Shown here: positions 1 through 11,481 of the stretch, piece after piece
How positions within the stretch are numbered: the first letter of the stretch is position 1
How the letters are laid out: each line of letters opens with the position of its first letter
From: Mobula hypostoma
Lineage: Eukaryota
DNA: 64,000 nt
Assembly (NCBI RefSeq): GCF_963921235.1
Contig: NC_086097.1
Coordinates: 187,800,001 to 187,864,000, forward strand
Direction: 5' to 3'
Program-made: the position numbers and the translations under genes
The notes under the pieces: generated by a model
Told to the model about the DNA's origin: nothing
The model's input: the letters and a program-made list of their open reading frames with translations, nothing else
Database searches by the model: none

Positions 1-668
1 AAAGTAATTCATGACTAATATTTTAAGGTTTGCTCACAGACTGAATTTATCATGCATTTATGACTGTATGATTGTTTATTTTAAATTAATACTGACAAAA
101 TACCAAGCAGAAATATTTGGGTGAGATCTCTAAGCTTCTTGGAGATTACATAAATGTCTAATATACGAATCCATTTTGTAACACATAGACAGCATACTTT
201 GCAAAGCAATGAATTATTTAGAAGGATGTGTAGTACAAGATTTTCTGCAAGATTAAGTTTTCAGACCCTGTGCATTGGGAAAAGAACTGACATTGGCACA
301 TTATGTTCTCTTCAGTGCTTCAGAGATAAAAAGTCCATTTTAATTCAGTTAAAGAGGCACTGTCAATTTTATGCTGCCTCATGAGGTCTATAACATTGAA
401 GAGAAGTGTCTTTCAGATATTACTTGAAGTTCTTACATGCATCAGTAGTTAATAAATAATATTGTTGAAAGAACTAATGAAATTCCTCACTGACTTAAGC
501 AAGCAACAAAAGTAGACAAAAATCTAACAGAAGCATTTTTGGCATAAATTCATTGGGTGCCTATCAGTCACTGCAAAGCACATCAGCCATATCTTGGTCA
601 AGCCTGGTATTGCAAAATTCACCACGCAACCAAAGCAAAGAACAATAATTATGCTCGCATGCTATTAA

Positions 669-767
669 ATTTTAAAATGAGACTGACTTCTAGACAATGC
701 AGAGAATCAGTGTATATAATATACACTGATTCTGTGCATTGTCTAAAAGTCAGCCTCATTTTAAAAT
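669..767. repeat. 99-bp near-perfect palindrome (49-bp arms, 1-nt centre)
   Basis: 669-717 is the reverse complement of 719-767 with 3 mismatches; followed by a TA/TG/CA microsatellite to ~812. Confidence 0.95.
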
Positions 768-2209
768 ATATATATATGTGTGTGTGTATATATATATACA
801 CACACGTGTGTCTGTGTATTGCGGTATACACTATATTATGTTTACGGAGCATTTATTTATTTGTTTGTTTGTTTATTTATTTATGCACTATTCCAAATAA
901 AATCATTCAGAATCAACCTACCTCGATATTTAATTAAGTTGGGTATCTGGCCATTGCTTGGCATCATTTCTAAGTCTTTCAAATGGCTAGAACACCACCA
1001 GAATGGGCTGGAGTGGACGGGGGGGGGGAGGAGGGGGGGTAGCAGAGTAGAGAGATGGAAGGGGTGAGAGGGTTGGGGGGGTTAGGGAGAGATGAAGCAG
1101 GTATAGTGGTCCCACTAAAGTCATGGCCCTCACAAATTATTTTTCCCCATAATATTCAGGTGCATCATAAAGCATTCTTGAAAGTAATCATGGTTGATAC
1201 TTTGCCCTTCCTGCTCTTCATATTGTTTGATGCTACTGGGGAATGAGGCAGTTAATGTAGTATTGAATACAATATTAGAATTCTTGAAAAGATATGTGAA
1301 TGCATTTTTGGGAAATCTGTAACAATGCAAAAAAATTGCAAAAGAATTTAAGAACATGGTAAAACTGTTCTATTAATAAAATATTGTTGCTAATGCCATT
1401 TGATTTCTATGTGACAATTAAGTTATTTTCCAATCTTTGTACTCAACTTTAGTGTTTAGAAATGATCTAAAATATTATATGTGAATCTTAATTTTCTGTG
1501 AAAATTAGTGTAAAAATATCTCAGTTAAGTAATCATCAGATTTCCACCTTCCATGACTTCTTACAATAATTAGTGTCATTTTGGATGATAATATATAATT
1601 GTGGAGTAAGTGGGAAAAGTGTAAGTATAAACTGGATTTTTTAATCTATTAGAGAATATTCAATCCACCATTCATTAATGAAGTGGAGAAGGACAAGTAC
1701 ATTTATATAAAACCTATTTCTATATTTTTAAATTTGAGTTGGTCAAAATTAGGAAAAGTTTTTACTGCACTAAAGGGAAGTTTTAATTATATTTACATCA
1801 TTGATGCAACAAATAACACTTTTTACAAAGGTACTAAACAACCAAAGTACCTGTAAATAATAAATCAAAACCAGAAAATATATAAACCCACATCAAGTAC
1901 AATAAAAAGGTAACATAATGTATATAACTGAAATTAGATAGTGTATGAAATCTGAAACAAAAGTCAATCATTTCAAATGTTAAAAGAAAATATAATATAT
2001 GCAACGTGAAGAAAATGAATGAATTAAATGGCTTTTAAAATGTTATGCTATTTGAAAAGTTTATTATAAGCTTTTCCCATTCTCCTGGTTATTTTGCTCT
2101 TGCCAGTCTTATTTTTTATGTGTTATAAGATAGAATTCCCATTTATCATTTCTCTCTAAGTTAGATGCGAACAGTTTTCCTTATTTCAAATGACCAGCAT
2201 TTATAAGTA

Positions 2210-2740
2210 AGAACATAAGAATTTAAAAAAAAACAAGAGCAGGAATGCGTCATTTTTGCTTCAACCCTCTATGCAATTTGCCAGGATTACGACTGATATA
2301 CTTTCCTGCATTTATCCGATCTCCTTTAATTCCCTCAATATTTAGAAATTTATCAGTCTTTCTTTTGAATGACTTGATTTCCAAAGATTCACTGGCCTCT
2401 GAGTTAGGAAATTTCTCCTCATCTCATTCCTAAATAGTGTACATCCTATTCTTATTCTGAGCCCCAGTTCTAGACTTTTCAGCTTGGGAAACATCTTCCC
2501 TACATCCATCCTATCAACCCTGTTAACATGTTAGTTAGTCACAATGTGATCTTTTCTCATTTTCTAGATTCTTGAAAATGCAGACTTATTCTATACAATT
2601 TCTCCTCTTAAAGAAAACCTGTTGTTAGTAACGATATCCTCTTTTGTTAAGGAGACCAAAGCTTTGTACAATACACCCACAGAGGTCTTGCCAAATGCAT
2701 ATATAATTCTGTATTCAATATACTCATGAAAACCCTTCAT
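2210..2740 (-). mobile_element. Old degraded CR1-type LINE 3' fragment
   Basis: Begins with an agaacataaga...gagcagga tail-like motif shared with younger CR1 3' ends in the window; heavily mutated. Confidence 0.55.
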
Positions 2741-2854
2741 GCCTTTTTGTTTTTTCTCTTGTTTACCTTGTCCGATGCATATAGTTTTTTAAACACAGTG
2801 AACACATGAACACAAGCGAATAGTTGTACTTAACCAATAAACTTTCAATTGCAG

Positions 2855-2993
2855 GACCAATGGTTTTGGCGAGTTCGAAACAACAAAGTTTTGGATGGTT
2901 ATCCCATGCAAATTGCCTATTTCTGGAGAGGTTTGCCCTCTAATATTGATGCGGTTTACGAACGGCCTGATGGAAAATTTGTGTTTTTCAAAG
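2855..2993 (+). CDS. MMP16: MMP16 (MT3-MMP) internal coding exon, hemopexin domain (probably exon 7)
   Basis: Flanked by ttgcAG and GTaatg. 139 nt translate to [46 protein letters not shown](G), an MT-MMP hemopexin repeat. Ends in phase 1. Confidence 0.96.
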
Positions 2994-3301
2994 GTAATGT
3001 GTGAATTTTTGGTTTGAGTGCAAAAGCTATTTGCACTGTCTACAATCAAACAAAAATTTGTAAATGCCTGGAAGATTTTTGTAATGAGTATCTGCATATA
3101 GTTTTACGTTAATTATATTTTAATAGTGCCTTCAACAAAGTTATTTAACCATTATTCTAAATTATAATTCACACAGTGGAAATTTTGAATTAAATTTGGC
3201 TATGTGCTGCAAAAGTTGGTCTCTTATGGTTGTAAGATGAAATATATTAACAAATCAAATAATCTGAATTTGTTTGGTTGTAGGTTTTAGAATCTAACAA
3301 A

Positions 3302-4060
3302 TGTAGGTCAAAAATGCTGACAAAATATAGCATTAATGGTAATACTCTTGGCAGTGTAGAGGATCAGAGGGATCTTGGGGTCCGAGTCCATAGGACACTC
3401 AAAGCTGCTGCACAGGTTGACTCTGTGGTTAAGAAGGCATACAGTGTATTGGCCTTCATCAACTGTAGGATTGAGTTTAAGAGCTGAGAGGTAATGTTAC
3501 AGCTATATAGGATCCTGGTCAGACTCCACTTGGAGTATTGTGCTCAGTTCATGTTGCCTCACTACAGGAAGGACATGGAAACCATAGAAAGGGTGCAGAG
3601 GAGATTTACAAGGATGTTGCCTGGATTGGCAAGCATGCCTCATGAGAATAGGTTGAGTGAACCCGGCCTTTTCTCCTTGGAGCGACGGAGGATGAGATGT
3701 GACCTGATAGAGGTGTACAAGATAATGAGAGGCATTGATCATGTGGATACTCAGAAGCTTTACCCCAGGGCTGAAATGGCTAGCACGAAAGGACATAGTT
3801 TTAAGGTGCTTGGAAGTAGGTACAGAGGAGATGTCAGAGGTAAGTTTTTTACACACAGAGTGGTGAGTGCGTGGAATGGGCTGCCGGTGGCGGTAGTGAA
3901 GGCAGAAATGATAGGGTCTTTTAAGAGGCTCCTGGATGGCTACATGGAGATTTGAAAAAAAGAGGGCTAGGGTAAAGCCTAGGTAGTTCTCAGGTAGGGA
4001 CATGTTCGGCACAGCTTTGTGGGCCGAAGGGCCTGTATTGTGCTGTATGTTTTCTATGTT
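3302..4060 (+). mobile_element. 5'-truncated CR1 LINE (C-terminal part of ORF2 + 3' UTR)
   Basis: ORF 3494-3955 (LYRILVRLHLEYCAQF...LFSLERRRMR...FFTHRVVSAWNGLP); tail gggccgaagggcctgt...(ttctatg); direct repeat TCTAACAAA at 3293-3301 and 4061-4069. Confidence 0.92.
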
Positions 4061-4179
4061 TCTAACAAACTATTATTTATTTAATTTCTTAAATGTTGTC
4101 AGATGCAAATTTTATTTCTCACAATGAAGTCACTCAATCCTCCATATCTTTGCTCACTCTTAGTCACAGCAACTCACTA

Positions 4180-7100
4180 ATTCCACCCTTGTCTCACAAT
4201 ACTCCAAGCAAGGCTCCACCAGAAACTTTATAAGTGTCAACATTACATTCTTGGTTTTATATTCTAGTCCTCTTGAAATGAACACTAACATAACATTTTC
4301 CCTCCTCACCACAGACTCAACCTGTAAATTAACCTTTTGGGAATCCCGCACAAGGACTCCCAAATCAATTTGCGTCTCACATTTTTGTATTTTTTCTTCC
4401 TTTTGAAAATAGTCAACCTTTCATTTTTTTCTACCAAAGTGCATGACCATACACTTCTTGACACTGTATTCCATCTGCCACTTCTTCCCCAATCTCCTAA
4501 TCTATCTAGGTCCTTCTGTAGCCTCTTTATTTCTCAGAACTACCTACCCCTCCACTTACTTCGTATCATCGGCAAACTGCAACAAATTCATCAATTCCAC
4601 CATCCAAATCATTGACATATAACGTAAAAAGAATCACTCCCAACACAGACCCCTGTGGAACACCACTAGTCACGGGTGGCTAACTAGAAAAGGCTCCCTT
4701 TGTCCCCACTCTTTGCCTCCTGCCAATCAGCCACTGCTTTCAGCCACATGCTAGAATCCTTCATGGAGTACCATGGGCTTTTAACTTGTTAGCCTCATGT
4801 GTGGCACCCTGTCAAGGGCCTCCTGAAAATCCAAGTACACAACATCAGCCGATTCTCCTTTGTCTATCTTGCTTGTTTTTTTCTTCAAGTACTTCCAACA
4901 AATTAGTCAGGCAAGATTTTCCCTTAAAGAAACCATGCTGACTATGACCTATTTTATCATGTGCCTCCATGTACCCTGAAACCGTACCCTTAACAATTGA
5001 CTCCACATCTTCCTAACCTGAGGTCATACTAACTGGCCTATAATTTCCTTTCTACTGCTTTTCTTGCTTCTTGAAGAGTGGAGTGACATTTGCAATGTTC
5101 GTCTTCTGGAACCATTCCAGAATCTAATGATTATTCAAAGAATCATTACTAATACCTCCACAATCTCTTTAGTCACTTTTTTCAGAAACCTGGTGCATAC
5201 ACCATCTGGTCAACATGATATTTCTACCTTCAGACCTTTCAGTTTCCCAAGAACCTTCTCCCTGGTAATGGTAACATCACACACTTCATGACCCCAGACA
5301 CCTGGAACTTCCACAATACTACTAGTGTCCTCCACAGTGAAGATTGATGTAAAATACTTATTCAGTTCATCTGCCCCCATTGCTTCCTCTTCAGCATTGT
5401 TTTCCAGCGGTCCAATATCCAGTCTTGTTTTCCAGCGGTCCAATATCCAGTCTCGCCTCTCTTTTACAATTTACGTATCTGAAGAAACTTTGGTATCCTC
5501 CTTGATATTCATTGCTAGCTTACTTTCATATCCCATTTTTACCTTCTTAATAACTTTATTTGTTGCCTTCTGTTGGTATTTAAAAGCTTCTCAATCCTCT
5601 AACTTCCCGTTAATTTTTCCCTATTATATGCCCTCTCTTTGACTTTTATGTTGGCTTGACTTCCCTTGTTAGCCATGGTTGTGTCATCATGCCTTTAGAA
5701 AACTTCTTCCTCATTGTAATGTATATATCCTGTGCCTTCCAAATTGCTTACAGAAATTCCAGCCTTTGCTGCTTTGCCATCATTCCTGCCAGTGCTTTTT
5801 TCCAATCAATTCTAACCAATTCCACTCTCATACCTCTAATTTCCTTTATTTCACTACAATACTGATACATCTGACATTAGCTTCTCCTCAAATTTCGGGG
5901 TGAATGCGATAATATTATAATCACTTACCCCTAAGGGTTCCTTTACCTTAAGCTCTCTGAAGCAATTCTGGTTCATTGCAGGACATCCAATCCAGAATAG
6001 CTGATCTTGTAGTTGGCTCAACCACGAGCTGCTGTCAAAAGCCATCTCATATGCAGTCTAGAAATTACCCCTCTTACAATTCCACAGCAACCTGATTTTT
6101 CCGTTATATCTGCATATTGAAATCTCCTATGACTACTGTAACATTGCCCTTTTGACATGCATTTTTTGTCTCCCATTGTAGCTTGTAAGCCACATCCTTA
6201 CTACTGTTTGGGAGTCTGTATATAGCGCCCATCAGGATCTTTTTACCCTTGCAGTTCCTTAGCTCTATCCACAATGATTCAACACCTTCTGATCCTATGT
6301 CACCTCTTTCTAACGATTTAATTTCATTTTTACCAACAGAGACATGCCACCTCCTCTGCCTTCCTGCCTATCTTTGGACATTAAGTTCCCAGTTGTAATC
6401 TTCTGGACCCCTGCACCAGTTCCTCTGCCACTCTTTCACCTGTCAAATCATTCTATTCTTACCCTCACTGGCATGTGGCACGGGCAGCAATCTAGAGATT
6501 ACTATCCTGGAGGTCTTGTCACCTTTCTACCTACCTCCCTAAAATTTCTCTTCTGGACCTCCTTACGTTGTCTACCTATGTCATTGGTGCCAATATGTAC
6601 GAAGACTTCTGGCTGCTCACCCACGCCCTTGAGGATGCGATGGACATGATCCGAGACATCCCTGATCCTAGCACCAGGGAGACAACATACAATCTGGGTG
6701 TCTCTATTACACCCACAGAACCTCTCCTCTGTTCCTTTGACTAAAGAATCTTCTATCAACACTGCAGTCCTCTTCACCTCTCTGCTCTTCTGAGCCACAA
6801 CACCAGACTCAGTGCCCGAGACCTAGTCCCCGGTAGGCACCCCCCTCAGTAGTATCAAAAGTTATATACTTATTATTGAGGAGAACGGCCATAGGTGTAC
6901 TCTGCACTGACTGTGCATTTGCCCGCCTCCTGACAATCACCCAGTTACCTGTCTCCTGCAACCTAGGGGTGACTACCTCCTTGTAGCTCCTGTCTATCAC
7001 CTCATTCTCCCATTTGAGCTGAAGGTCACTGAGATGCAATTCCAGTTACTGAAGACGTCTCTCAAGAGTTGCAGTTCAGTAAACCTGGTGCAGATTGGAA

Positions 7101-7335
7101 ACTCAAAGCCTCCCAGTCTTCCCACATCTCGCACACAATACAAAACACTGCCCTGGGGCCATTCTCACTATACTATGCCCTAACAGATGAGGAATGAACA
7201 AATAAGACAGAGAGAGTAACTTACAAGATACTTTACCTCACCCAAACCTGCTCTCACCTAACCCTGATGAGGCAAAGCCACTCTAAACAGTGACACACGC
7301 ATCAAAATGGCCGCTCTGCTTGCACCAGTGCTATT
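4180..7335 (-). mobile_element. Degenerate near-full-length CR1 LINE with internal deletions (ORF1 esterase + ORF2 remnants)
   Basis: ORF 6502-6798 has SGNH-esterase motifs (IEDSLV, CLPGARIRD, VHIGTNDIG) typical of CR1 ORF1. ORF2 pieces: ADELNKYFTSIFT (5210-5443), DLGVLV-type/LEYC (4160-4363). Confidence 0.88.
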
Positions 7336-8271
7336 TTTATTGGCCCCTTTTTAATGAATCCCCCTTGTGGACTGGTCACTTCCCAAATCAGTGAATCTGC
7401 CATAAAACTCCGCCTTCAAAATCTTGATCCCCATCATGATTAAAAAGTAGCTCCTTTCACACACCCTTGGTGTGGATTGCCCAACTCCAAATTCAGAGAT
7501 AAGAAGGGATGAAAATAACAGTAGATTGGAGACAATGGATTTGTGGCGGCTGCAAGATGAAGAAGGATTAGAAACCGAGTAGAAGGAATGGTTTAATAAA
7601 AAGGGTTAAAGGTTTAGGTAGAAAGAGAAACCATATCAAAGCGGTGGCCTTGAAAGAAAGGCAGCGACAGTTAGAAAAAGGGTGAGAAAGGCAAAAGATA
7701 TGAACCTTAAAATTGATCTCTTGTCAGGGAGATCTGTCCTGGTTCTGAGATTTATTCCGTGGTAGTCAGTGGAGTAAATTTGGGAAGTAGAGTGCAAGAC
7801 ACTGATGCTGATATGCGGTACATTTAACACCGTTAGCCGGAGATGTATTTCTAGACAAATGCAAGGTTAGAGTTGCAACACTAGTCACCAGTTGGAAATA
7901 AAACTAGGAGTAATCTGTTCTCTGTACTTTCTTAAGGATTTTTATCCAAACAACAGGATGAACGGTGACAGGTAACAGGGTCTTAATAACAGTGGAGTTG
8001 TTGTAGGATAGATATAGGTTGATTTAACTTACACATTTTAAATATCATCTAAATAGACAATCAAGAAAATGTTTTAAAGAACTATGCAACAAAACAAATA
8101 ATCTGCAGCATTTTACACTGTACATAAATAATATTGCTTCTTGTTCACAACTCTTTATTCATAATTTACCTTTGAATACATGACTTGTTCGAACAGAATA
8201 ACAAAGTCATGAGAATTTTCTAAACTCTGTAGACAGCAGGAAAAGATAGCATAAGTAATCATAAGTAAAGG

Positions 8272-9378
8272 TTTGCAAACAACACACACAGAATGCTGGA
8301 GGAACTCAGCAGGCCAATCAGCATCTATGGAAAAGAGTACAGTCGACATTTCTGGTTGAGGCCCTTCAGCAGGCCTGCAGGAAAAAAAGATGAGGAGTCA
8401 GAGTTAGAAGGTGAGGGGAAGGGAAGGGAGAAACACAAGGTGATAGGTGAAACCGGGAGGGAGAAAGGGGTGAAGTAAAGAGCTGGGAAGTTGATAGTTG
8501 AAAGGGTTACAGAGCTGGTGAAGGGGGAGTCTAACAGGAGAGGAGAGAAGTCCATGGAAGAAAGAGAAGGGGGAGGAACACCAGAGGGAGGTGTTGGACA
8601 GGCAAGGAAATGAGGTGAGAGAGGGAAAGAGGTGTGGGGAATGGTGAGGGGGGAGGAGTGGGTGGCATTCCCAGAAGTTCAAGAAATCGATGTTCATGCC
8701 ATCAGTTTGGAGGCTACCCAGATGGAATATAAGGAGTTGTTCCTCCAACCTGAGTGTGGCCTCATCGCGACAGTAGAGGAGGCCATGGATAGACATGTCA
8801 GAATGGGAATGAGAAGTGGAATTAAAATGGGTGGCCACTGGGAGATCCCATGTTTTCTGGCAGACGGAACGTAGGTGCTCGGTGAAGCAGTCTCCTAATC
8901 TATGTTGGGTTTCACCAATATACAGGAGGCCATACCGGGAGCACTGGACATAATACATGACCCCAACAGACTCACAGGTGAAGTGTTGTCTCACCTGGAA
9001 GGACTGTTGCCGCCCTGAATGGTAGTGAGAGAGGAGGTGTAGCACTTGTTCTGCTTGCAAGGATAAGAGCCAGGAGGGAGATCAGAGGGGAGGGCTGAAT
9101 GGACAAGGGAGTCACATGGGGAGCGATTCCTGCAGAAAGCAGAGTGGGGGTGAAGGAAAGGTATGCGTGATGGTAGGATCCCGTTAGAGATGGCGGAAGT
9201 TACGGAGAATTGTGTACTGCTGTGGAGGCTGGTGGGGTGGTAGGTGAGGTCAAGAGGAACCCTATCCCTTATGGGGTGAGGGCAGATACACACAAAATGG
9301 AAGAGATGCGGTTGAGGGCAGCATTGATGGTGGAGGAGGGGAAGCCTCTTTCTTTGAAGAAGGCAGACATCTCCGTTT
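8272..9378 (-). mobile_element. Penelope-like element fragment (GIY-YIG endonuclease + terminal repeat)
   Basis: ORF 8404-9060 FQVRQHFTCESVGVMYYVQCSRYGLLYIGETQHRLGDCFTEHLRS; terminal repeat with damaged hammerhead motif at ~8341-8378. Confidence 0.9.
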
Positions 9379-9967
9379 TGAAATTTCTTTAAATTTCTTT
9401 AAAAAGGCTTTCTCATTATACTGATTTCCTTTAAATTATCTGAGCTTTGGGTCCAATACTTCCCACCATGTTTATTCCTTTTATTTTAATGTAAAAAAGA
9501 AATCCAAATAAGAATCAGTTTGCAGGTGACCCTGTGTTATTGTTCGGGTAACAGAAATTTGCCCTCAGAATTCACAAATCACCAGCCAAAACTTAAGATG
9601 TACATAGACTAATAATTATTCTCACTGAATTAATGTGAAGTAAGTAAATTAATAAATACAATTTTTTCAGTAGGCATTTCTTGACACATGTTCAGGCTTT
9701 GTGTTGTGAAAAGTTGCAGTATGGACAATTTTCCAGGAATGCAAACCAACTTAATACATGGGTCGTCTGTATGTAACTTAGCAACAAAGGATATTAATGG
9801 CTCCTTAAATATTTATTTAGAAGCTCATTACTAAATGTTATTTACATTTTTGAAAGAATAATGATTCAAAGCAAGTTGCTACTCTAGCACTCATCCCTAT
9901 TGTCATTAAAGATGTGAGAAGCTTGCAGTCTTTGCCAGCCCTAAACTCAGAGCCTGAGAAGCATGTT

Positions 9968-10311
9968 ACATAGAAACACAGAAACATAGAAAATAGTTGC
10001 AGGAGTAGGCTATTCGGCCCTTCGAGCCTGCACCGCCATTCAGTATGATCATGGCTGATCATCCAACTCAGAACCCTGTACCTGCCTTCTCTCCATACCC
10101 CCTGATCCCTTTAACCATAAGGGTCATATCTAACTCCCTCTTAAATATAGCCAATGAACTGGCCTCAACTGCTTCCTGTGGCAGAGAATTCCACAGATTC
10201 ACCACTCTCTGTGTGAAGAAGTTTTTCCTAATCTCGGTCCTAAAAGGCTTCCCCTTTATCCTCAAACTGTGACCCCTCATTCTGGACTTCCCCAACATCG
10301 GGAACAATCTT
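9968..10311 (-). mobile_element. CR1 LINE 3' end
   Basis: ORF 10068-10307 (RGHSLRIKG...FFTQRVVNLWNSLP) plus repeated catagaaa tail. Confidence 0.9.
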
Positions 10312-10600
10312 CTTAGAAGATAACAGACTTAGAAGCCTATTATTTTCCTACAAATAGTTTTCCTGCACATCTAGTAAAATTTCAAAACAATAACCCATGG
10401 TAACTGATTAATATGTTATCAATGTAAAGATAAAACATTATAAGGTATGTTCCTTAAAGTATTATTTTGAATAATTTTGCTAAAAAAACAGGAAATATTA
10501 CTGAATAAACCTAAAGCCACCAATTATTTCCACTGATAGGAATTTGCAATTATATTAATTATCTACTGTGAAATTTGCTGTTGAAGAGGCCTACCCTATC

Positions 10601-11481
10601 CAGACATCCCACCTCTCCCGGAAGTTCCGAGAGACTCCCGCATATTAATAGCGGCTCCCTGATGCCCGCAAATTATATACAATATCATGGAAATCAATCT
10701 TTTGAGAGCGAGTGAGCGAGAGAGAAAGAGAGAGCGCGTGTGTGAGAGAGAGAGAGAGCATGAGAGAGAGAGTGAGAGAGAGAGAGCATGAGAGAGAGAG
10801 CGAGAGAGAGCACGAGAGAGAGAGACAGTGAGTGCAAAAGAGAGAGCGAGCGTGAGACAGAGAGAGCAAGAGCAAGAGAGAGCACCAGAGAGAGCAAGCG
10901 AGCGTGAGAGAGAAAGAGAGAGCATGAGAGGGAGCACATGAGAGAGTGAGAGTGCGAGAGAGAGAGAGAGCGAGCGAGTGCAAGAGAGAGAGCAAGAGAG
11001 CGAGTGAGCATGAGAGAGAGAGAGAGCAACCACAAGTGAGAGAGCGAGCACGAGAGACGGCACGAGAGAGAAAGAGAGAGCGCGAGAGCAAGCGCGTGAA
11101 AGGGAGAGCGAGTGAGAGAGAGCGCGAGCGAGAGAGTGAGAGTATGCCATGGCAGGGTGTTCCAAAAAAAGAAAATATAAAACGTACGTCACCCCAGACT
11201 ACACTAAAGTGTACCCCTGCCTAATAGGGGTCAAAAATAATGACAGTGTTGCTCACTGCACTGTTTGCAACAGTGACTTTTCTATTGCCCATGGTGGGTT
11301 AAGACTGTAAAAGACATGTTGAGGTGAGTTTAACAGGTGTCATTCGTTCATTAGCATAGCTAACGTTATTTAAACTAGCTGGCTAGCTGCTCAGGAGCTA
11401 CTCTATTGCAGACACCCCACCTCTCCTGGAAATTGATGGTGCTACCTCCCTGAAATGAGTCTTTGCAGGGTGGGATGTCTG
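10601..11481 (+). mobile_element. Non-autonomous hAT-type DNA transposon with BED-finger exon remnant and internal GA-rich microsatellite
   Basis: 13-bp TIRs CAGACATCCCACC/GGTGGGATGTCTG; flanking direct repeat CCTATC. 11149-11323 reads MAGCSKKRKYK...AHCTVCNSDFSIAHGGL(frameshift)DCKRHVE followed by GTGAGT. Confidence 0.82.
10704..11142. repeat. Degenerate (GA)n/(GAGC)n microsatellite
   Basis: Seen directly; it produces the low-complexity SL/RE ORFs. Confidence 0.97.

Noticed and set aside
557..1067. Overlapping ORFs with mirrored peptides
   Set aside because: They arise from the palindrome and TA/TG microsatellite; there is no protein-family signal.
5397..5452. 28-bp direct repeat as a CRISPR-like unit
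   Set aside because: Two adjacent copies with no spacer, inside a CR1 in vertebrate DNA; a simple tandem duplication.
7263..7280. CTGATGA as another hammerhead (also at ~19016)
   Set aside because: No stem II + GAAA or stem I follows.
10596..11224. Long Ser/Leu- and Arg/Glu-rich ORFs
   Set aside because: They are translations of the GA microsatellite, not proteins.
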